From contig JAQGDQ010002024.1 in assembly GCA_030141605.1 (NCBI GenBank), positions 1-17,560 of the forward strand: a stretch of 17,560 nt of DNA, in the 5' to 3' direction. The DNA is from Tubiluchus corallicola. Lineage: Eukaryota > Animalia > Priapulida. This document shows, piece after piece, positions 1-8,800 of the stretch; the stretch's first letter is position 1; every line of letters begins with the position of its first letter. Under the pieces are notes generated by a model. It saw nothing but the letters and a program-made list of their open reading frames with translations. It made no database searches and was not told the DNA's origin. The translations under genes and the position numbers were made by a program.

Positions 1-843
1 AACTTGTCATTAAGCGAGTTTGGCATATGCCTATTTTGGGACTTTAAAACTTGTCGTTAAGCGAATTTAGCATATACCTATTTTGGGACTTTAAAACTTG
101 TCATTAAGCGAGTTTGGCATATACCTATTTTGGGACTTTAAAACTTGTCATTAAGTGAGTTTGGCATATACCTATTTTGGGACTTTAAAACTTGTCGTTA
201 AGTGAGTTTGGCATATACCTATTTTGGGACTTTAAAACTTGTCGTTAAGCGAATTTGGCATATGCCTATTTTGGGACTTTAAAACTTGTCGTTAAGCGAA
301 TTTGGCATATGCCTATTTTGGGACTTTAAAACTTGTCGTTAAGCGAGTTTGGCATATGCCTATTTTGGGACTTTAAAACTTGTCGTTAAGCGAGTTTGGC
401 ATATGCCTATTTTGGGACTTTAAAACTTGTCGTTAAGCGAGTTTGGCATATGCCTATTTTGGGACTTTAAAACTTGTCGTTAAGCGAGTTTGGCATATGC
501 CTATTTTGGGACTTTAAAACTTGTCGTTAAGCGAATTTGGCATATACCTATTTTGGGACTTTAAAACTTGTCATTAAGCGAGTTTGGCATATACCTATTT
601 TGGGACTTTAAAACTTGTCATTAAGTGAGTTTGGCATATACCTATTTTGGGACTTTAAAACTTGTCATTAAGCGAGTTTAGCATAAACCTATTTTGGGAC
701 TTTAAAACTTGTCATTAAGCGAGTTTAGCATATACCTATTTTGGGACTTTAAAACTTGTCATTAAGCGAATTTGGCATATACCTATTTTGGGACTTTAAA
801 ACTTGTCATTAAGTGAGTTTGGCATACTCCTATTTTGGGACCT
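1..843. repeat. 47-bp tandem repeat (minisatellite), about 18 copies, intronic, runs off the window start
   Basis: The unit AAAACTTGTC(A/G)TTAAGCGAGTTTGGCATAT(A/G)CCTATTTTGGGACTTT recurs every 47 nt (AACTTGTC at 1, 48, ...). Units are contiguous with no unique spacers. Confidence 0.97.
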
Positions 844-870
844 TTCATAAGCATTTCTTTTGCATTTTAG

Positions 871-2083
871 CGTCGACTCCCCCCACTTCACCACCCCGGG
901 AAATCATCGAAAAGATCAAAGCGTCGAGTCAGCGAAAGTCCACAATTCTTATCGACGAAGTGCCGATTAAATCCCGTCGTGCGCACGGTTATACAACTCC
1001 TACTGCCAAACTACAAAGCAAGATTAAAATTCCGGCACAGAATTCTCTTAAACGTGTTGTAAACGAGGCAGTGTTTTTAATAGATCACGATTACTGTCGT
1101 GAACCGGTGCTGCACCCTTCTGTCAATGCAAAGAATCACACACCAAATCTCTCAATCTCTGATGTAATAAGTGTGTCTAGCGGTGTTACTTCAAGATTAT
1201 CAACATGTCAGAGCGATCGGTTAGAACCGGAAATGCCAATTAGCAAATATCCTGCCGTGAGTAATTCGTCAAAATCGAACTTTGGTCTGACTTACACATG
1301 TCGAGATTTTGCTGGAACATCCAGTGAATCTCCAACAAATAAGGAAACAGTGTTCCGTGGGAACAATGTAGCCGACAGCATAGAGAACAAATCTACATTA
1401 GAACCGGATCAAGAAGTGAGTTTATCGAGCGGCAAATTGAATAACAGTGCGACGTTCCTTCCCGAAGTGGTCACAAATGCAAAGAGGAAAACAAGAGTGA
1501 TCAAACTGACCAATGAGCATTTATTAGCGGTCAAGCGTGATGGCGGCAGCGCCGAGAAGGATAGCATTGCTAAGCTGAAAGCGGTTTTACGGCTGCTACG
1601 ACAGCGCACGTCTCAATCGGACGCTTCTCGCAATTCAGTAACAAAAACTGGAGAGATAGCAGCGGACGTGCCGGCTTTTGAAACCGAAACGGTTGTCATG
1701 ACAACGGAAGACGGCGATGTGCGACCGGTTGAAACGAAGGTGACGGTCGCGACGACCGAAAGTGACGATGTGGTGCCAGTTGAAGCAGAAACGGCAACTG
1801 AAAGTAACGCTGCTCCCTTAAAAGAGCTTGAGACAAACGATACAGAAAAAATGAGTAAAGTAAACGATGAGTTTGTTCTTGGGGAAGCTGCAGAAGGCAA
1901 CGGTCAGATTCGTCGTTCGCTGCCGACCCCGTGCGACGGTTTGGATGCTGTTTCTAGCCGTAAAGAAACTACAATATCAAATGTTAAGCCAACTTCTTCT
2001 GAATCGGTCACGTCCAAGTGTGAAGCTGAACAGATGGATACGATAGAAACTCGAATTCGTCATTCATCATTTGGATCAGACAG
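871..2083 (+). CDS. PPARGC1: PGC-1-like large internal exon (1213 nt) with TPPTSPP and the DHDY HCF-binding motif
   Basis: Acceptor TTTCTTTTGCATTTTAG ends at 870 and donor CAG|GTAGGC is at 2083/2084. The frame is that of ORF 813..2087. TPPTSPP is at 876-896 and DHDYC at 1083-1097. Confidence 0.88.
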
Positions 2084-5000
2084 GTAGGCGATAAAATTTA
2101 AAAATTACAAACATTTTTTGTGTCTCAAAAGTCACTATACACATTGACATTTAATTTTCGTTTTTTTCTTTAAATTTTCTTCCAATCTTCCCAGCTGTCA
2201 TATGAATCAAAATAAACTTTGTTTTTTTTGGCTGAACCCTGTTGCTATGGCAACGACACTACCATTTATTAATGAGGTGCAAAATCAGCCCTTCTGGCAT
2301 GAGGTCCTTCGATTCCAAACTGAAGTTCAGAGTAAATTCAGAGGATCGTAGAGGCCACGCTATTTTGTCACTATTAACTTTTGCAACAAGGAGCCCGTCC
2401 TTCCTCATCACTCGTGAGCTGTGAGAGAGACTTTCTCAATGCAAAATGCACGACTTTCCATTTAATTGGACTCTAAAGCTCTTGACATCCCCGGAAAAGT
2501 AGCGAAAGTAGGAAAGCCTGCTAGCGGAACAGTTCTTTTCAGATTTTTATCAAATTTGACTAAAACGATTGCCAAAGACTTTAGTTCATCTGTAGCATTT
2601 TAAAACATTTTGCTCTGTTAAAAAAATTGTGGAAAATGTAGAGTGTGTAATGACTTTTTGAGACACCCTGTATTTATTCATGATTGTCTGAGATTGTGTG
2701 CCGTAGTCAGAATCGTGTTACCGGCTTGTTTTTCCTGAAGACATTTTCGAAGTTTTATTTTTCTGACGAGAATAAGTTTCGGTGTTGCGTTATCAGTAGC
2801 AAAAGCTCTTTTAGTTTGTTGTAAAACAGATTTCGTAAAACTGATTTTGTTTTACTGTTGCAAAACTTGTAGAATTCAATTTTTCGCACTACCATTTCCG
2901 ATGCGAATTGGGGCTGTGCTTTCCATTCGAATTTTTGGGATTGTTCATTTTGAAATCAAGTGCCCCTTTGTTCCAAGGTTTGCCCGACAGCTAGCTTGGC
3001 TGTTAGTTGTATAATACTCGTATTTCAAACTGTACTGTATAAAAAATTGCCATTGTGACTGTTAGAATATTCGTACACCGACTTTTAGTAATTCTAGATA
3101 ACTATAAATAAGCCCTGTAGGTCAAAGGTTAAGTGTACCACAGCAACGCATCTTAACTACAACAGTCACGTGCCGTGTGTGTAAAGCAAAGCTGTCTGTT
3201 GCATCAATTCAATAACATTAGTTGTTTTACTTGGAAATTATTTAATTATGGTTTAGTCCGTGGCCTAGAGCGATTTACTAATGAATGAGATTTTTCCCTT
3301 TTCACGATCAGCATCAGTTGCTGGAACTATGTCACTAGTGATAATTATTTTGTTGGTTTTTGCTTAGTTGTACATTTGCATTTTTCTAGGTCGAGGTCAT
3401 CATCATCATCATCGGGTTCATCGTCGAGCAGCAGGTCGTGCAGCTTGTCATCGTGTTCTTCTAGTAGATCACCATCTGGCGATCGTTCTTGGCGAAGGTA
3501 TTCCTCCGGCAAATGTCGGTCGGGTGGCTCGCTCGAACGCAATAGGAAATCGTGTCGATATCAGTACGATTCCGACAGGTGTCGCTCGTGTTCGATTTCT
3601 CCCCGTGCGCGTTCGCCGCGTCGCAATCGTCGGTCGCGTTCTCGTTCCTCGTGTCCTCAACGACGCTCTCGATCGCGTTCATTCGGTCGCCGACGTTATC
3701 GCTCGAGGTCCAGAAGGTCAAGGCGTCGAAAGCGATCTTACCGAGAACGACGTTACCGATCCAGAAGTAGACGATTGAAGAGAGACAGGTAATCGTTTGT
3801 CTATTAAAAATTACTGAATTAGTGGAGGATTCAAAAAGTGGAATCTCTTGCATTTTCCCTAAAATACAGGGTGTCTCAAAAGTCACTGCACATGTTACAT
3901 TTTCTGTATTTCTTAACGAGCGAAGCAAAACGTTTGAAAATTGACACAGATGGACTAAAACCCTGGGCATCTCTTTTGTCAGATTAGACGAAAATCTGAG
4001 AAGGACTGCAATCAGCTTTGCTTTTTTTCGTTACAATTAGGGACTTAAGTAGCCTCATAGACCAATCCAATGCAAGTCGGGGATCTTGCATTCAGAATGT
4101 CTCTCTCGCAGCTTATGAGTGGTATGGAATGGCTGCACTTTGTCGAAAAACTACATCGTTGATATCGATGACATCGTTGATTTCCTACATGAGGAAATAT
4201 CGTGGCTCATACATACGGTGTTCTGAATTTCTGTCGGATTTCAGTTGGAGGTCGAACGATCTCGTTTTGCCCCTTGTTTCCAATTTTACTTTCATCGCCA
4301 TGCCAACCGATTTGCCATCAAAAGATAAATGAAAAGAATTGCCAAAGGCTCGATTTCATTTAACTAAGAACCTTGTTACATTTAGAGAAAATTTTAAAAA
4401 GAAAATTAGAAATGAAAGTGCATAGTGACTTTTGAGCCACCCTGTATTGAGATGACATCAACGTTTGAGTTTATGCCATTTTTGCGGGTTTCAATTTGCA
4501 GAATAGTTTTTTCAAGTAACGTAAAGGCTCAAGTTTTAAAAGGAAATTAAAAAAAATGTATTTAACTGATTCGTTTTCCAGAAATGTTTGTGACAATAAC
4601 ATAGTTTGCTAGAGTATTTTTGCTTTTTTTACTGTACAATTTGATGTATTTGGTTTGAATTAAAAGTTTAAACTTTTCTACTGATTGCTAATGAAGGAAG
4701 GAACAATTTCAGATCTTTGTCTCGAAAGAGGCGCAGACGGGCGGAGAGGCGAAGAGCAGAGGATGAGGAGAGACAGAAACAGAAGGTGGAGCAAATGGAA
4801 GAACGTCGAATCATTTACGTCGGTCGAATACCCGACGGGACGGCGCGGCGGGATCTCCGGAGAAGATTCGAACGGTTTGGTCCCATTGAGGAAGTTAGCG
4901 TGCACTTCAGGGACGAAGGGTAAGTTTTTACATGGAGTGAACGGACGTTGCAGATTAACTTGGTGAAAGTAGCGTTGCTTTTAGTGATTCTCCTGATATG

Positions 5001-5835
5001 CAAATCGTATCTGAAAATCATGATATTATTTCTATCCAGTATTATTCAGAAGTTACAATACAGTCATACCTCCGTTTTCGAATGTCTCCGTATTCGTACA
5101 AATCGGTTTTCGACCAGAAAATTTGAGCTGAAATTGTCTCTGCTTTCCAGCAGCATTTCGGTACTCGACCAACTGCCAAACACGTGATGAACGCATGCGC
5201 GGCGAGCCGAGTAGAGCCGAGCGTAACCGACCGCGCCCGAGAGTAGTCACGTACAAGATTTGAATTGCCTAACATCGCTAAGTGCTTTCTACGCTTATTT
5301 TTCTCCGCTTTTCATGCAGGAACAATTATGTTTTTCTTTCAAAGTAATTCTATTATATTTTTCTTATCAATTATATCATATCTACTGTTTGAATAAACGT
5401 TTTTGCATCATTATATTTCGTTTTAGTAATACTTTACAGTTCATTTGGTGCTTGAGAACGGATTATTTGCTTTTACATTATTCCTTATGGGAATAAATGA
5501 TTCGGTTCTCAACCAAATCGGTTTTCAAACACTTTTTAGGAACGAATTATGGTCGAAAACAGGGGTATGACTGTACTTTGATATTCGCAAACGTTCGCTA
5601 TCCTAATATCTATTGAAAATTGCTTTCGAATGATTATTTTTATTTTATTTTGGGATCCAACCTGCCCAATGTCTACAGTAGACGTGATGGGCATATGATG
5701 ACGTGATGGTGGTGATGATGATGATGGTGGTGGTGGTGGTGGTGGTGGTGGTGGTGATGATGATGATGATGACGTGATGGTGGTGATGATGATGATGATG
5801 TTGTGATGATGATGGTGATGATGATGATGATGGTG

Positions 5836-5866
<31 letters not shown>

Positions 5867-8800
5867 TGTGGTGGTGGTGGTGATGATGATGGGATGATGA
5901 TGGTGATGATGATGATGATGGTGCTGGTGGTTGTGGTGGTGGTGGTGATGATGATGTGATGATGATGGTGATGATGATGATGGTGCTGGTGGTGGTGGTG
6001 GTGGTGGTGATGATGATGATGGTGATGATGATGATGGTGATGATGGTGCCGGTGGTGATACTGATGATGATGATGGTGGTGGTGGTGTTGATGATGATGA
6101 TGATGATGTTGACAACAATAATTTAAAATCTCCCTGCTTCTCATTAAGTTGTCTATTTATTGTCTTTTCAAAGTGCGTAGGCTGATAGATGATTGACTAA
6201 AAGAACGCGCTAAAATTTGCAAGTTTGTAAGTTTACTATCTGTCTTTGTCCGAATCCAGAAGTCAATTTGAAGAAGTAGTCGAAGATATCCGGTATTCGC
6301 TATCCGGCAAAAGTGTGCCTCCGGAGGAACACTAGTTGCTTTGAGAGAATCTGTACAATGTCTCCTTTTTGCATTTCAGTGCTGCTTTTATTATTTTCAG
6401 CGACAATTATGGATTTGTCACGTTCGTGTACAAGTGCGATGCTTTCGCTGCCATCGAGGGTAAGTGTACAAGGTCTTAACCCTTTCACTACATTGCCTCC
6501 TATGTTTTTTGTGTAAGCGATAGACTGCCGCCCTAGCTCAGCACTAAGCGCAGTCACCCAGGTCCATTTATTTCACCGCTTACAACCATGCAGAACGTTT
6601 TAGAAAAGTTTAACAGCCGTGGGATTGGGGTTGCTTCGCAATAAGTAACACTAACCAGCGTCTGAAGCCAGGTACATTCCACAATACCGTTCTGTATGGT
6701 ACGTTCTCATGCAAAATCATGTAGATCGCTGAGTTTAGTTTGTTCTGCATTCTTATAAAATGATTGCATATTATGGATTAGTATTGTCTTTTGTGAAAAC
6801 TGGTTTCTAAATATAAGTACATGCTTATTTATGAGGGTGTGCATGTGAGCGCGTGTGCGCGAGTGCATGTGTGTGTGTGTGCCTGTGTAGAAATAAAACT
6901 AATATTTAATATTATCACTCAGTAACGAACAACTACTTGTTTGTTTACAAGATTCTGTTTTAGTAACACACCACAAGAAGTTATTCTCAAATGTGCAAAA
7001 TGTAATACGGCCCACTAAACTACTTAGTGAAAGGGTTATAATGATCCAAATTTAATTAGTTGTTATAATCTTGATGTTAAGATTATTAATTAGATTTTGA
7101 TACCAATCTTGAAAGGTAGGAAATGCGAAAAATTGGGATGAAGGCTGGATTTGAACCGAGGCTTTCGTCTTACTTTGCCAGTGTCTTGTGCGCTAGGCCA
7201 CTGCATCTTCCAGTTGTCAAGGCAGTCCAATGTTCGTCACTTTCACCTAACATTTCAAGTTTCTGGTCTTTCAACTTTGATATCAAAGTCTAATTAATTT
7301 ATTGTGTGTGCAATTAATGTGAAGTATATCTACAATGTTAACCGAGTAAGGAATTTAACGTTTATCGTAAGAATAAGTTTTCTTTTGCACTCACATTTAC
7401 CACATCAGCATTGTTTTGGCTCATAGAATACATATTTAGAGAGATCAATCAATGTCTATTGCATTTAATTTAAACCAAAACCGGACCCAATGTTAAACTG
7501 TATGTAAAGATAACCTACTCTTTAAAATATTGAAAGGAAACGTACTATTTTTTAAAGAATGACTCACATGAAAGAATTATTACCACACAAACACAATTTC
7601 GCGTTCGCGCCACTAGTTCTCCACTGTTACTTGCACTTCACTATTCGCTAGTTAAACGGGCACTAGTGCCTGCATTTTGGAAATGCATTGCGCGAAAAAC
7701 ATATGCTGTACCTCTCAATTTAGATGCGTCAGTTTGTGATGTACTACACACGTTCCACAGCTTATGCCTGAACACAGCGGTAAATTTGAAATTTGAATTT
7801 TATCTTGAAACTTGCCTAGTTTTAGTACAACACACTGAATATCTAAGGAGCAGCATTGTCCTTCAATTTTCATTTTCGCAAACGCGTGCGACACGCCACG
7901 GAATATTTTTGCTGTTGGAAATTATGTTAGTTTGTGATGATGTCATCTACAGTTGGGCTCGCTCATCATTAATTAAGATTTTAATCTATTATTTAATTAT
8001 CAGAAATGCTTTTGCAATATTGTGGGTGCACTTTTTACCGTAGTTGACGTAGTAATGGGGTAGTATATGAAAAAGTATCCCCTCTTCCTTTAATGATTTC
8101 TGCATACCTGTACTATAAAATGAATTATGTTTCTATGAATTAGTTTCTTTTTCTTGCAGAGGGGAATAACGATCCATCTGAACCGCAGTTTGAACTTTGT
8201 TTTGGTGGACGAAGGCATTTTTGTCAATCGAGTTATGCTGACTTGGGTAATCCTTTTAATACTACTTCTTGTCTAAAATTCATTCCTTAGTTGCTAATTA
8301 AACTTAGATGACATCAACGCCACGCACAAACGACGAAAAGAGACGAACAACCAAAAATCATACAATCTACAGCGGCACACACGTGCAAAATTACCGCCAA
8401 AGGACAACGATCAACAGGTGAGGCACCGGGAAAGGTCCAGATTTTGCTCCCTACTCACTATCTTCAAACTTTCTCGGTGGGGACTTAGTCACATTGATTG
8501 CCCAACCTTGGATGGATAACTACAGACATAATATATAATACAAAGCAGAACGTAACACACAATACAAAGCAGAACGTAATACATAATGCAAAGCAAAACA
8601 TAACAATTATACAAAGCAGAACATAACACATAATACAAAGCAGAACATAACACATAATACAAAGCGGAACATAATACATAATACAAAGCAGCATAACACA
8701 ATACAAAGCAGAACATAACACATACAAGGCAGAACATAACACATAATACAAAGCAGAACATAACACAATACAAAGTGGAACATAATACATAATACAAAGC

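Noticed and set aside
1-843. CRISPR-like regular repeats (also 10741-13430 and 13796-14702)
   Set aside because: Units are contiguous with no unique spacers, there are no cas genes, and the context is a spliceosomal-intron gene.
813-870. N-terminus of ORF 813..2087 as a translation start
   Set aside because: It begins at GTG within the satellite. A clear polypyrimidine tract and AG at 870 show the exon starts at 871.
3345-3970. Overlapping alternative-frame and antisense ORFs around the RS exon, plus other short ORFs (4018-4332, 6300-6557, 7666-8043, 10251-10517, 17048-17461)
   Set aside because: They are shadows of low-complexity coding sequence or chance intronic ORFs. They show no recognisable domains, and only the chosen frames fit the splice phases.
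5536-6144. Poly-His/Ser/Pro ORFs on the minus strand
   Set aside because: They are translations of the intronic (GAT/GGT)n microsatellite.
7136-7211. Functional tRNA gene
   Set aside because: A and B boxes are recognisable, but the acceptor, anticodon and T stems do not pair properly. It is kept only as a degenerate tRNA-derived remnant.
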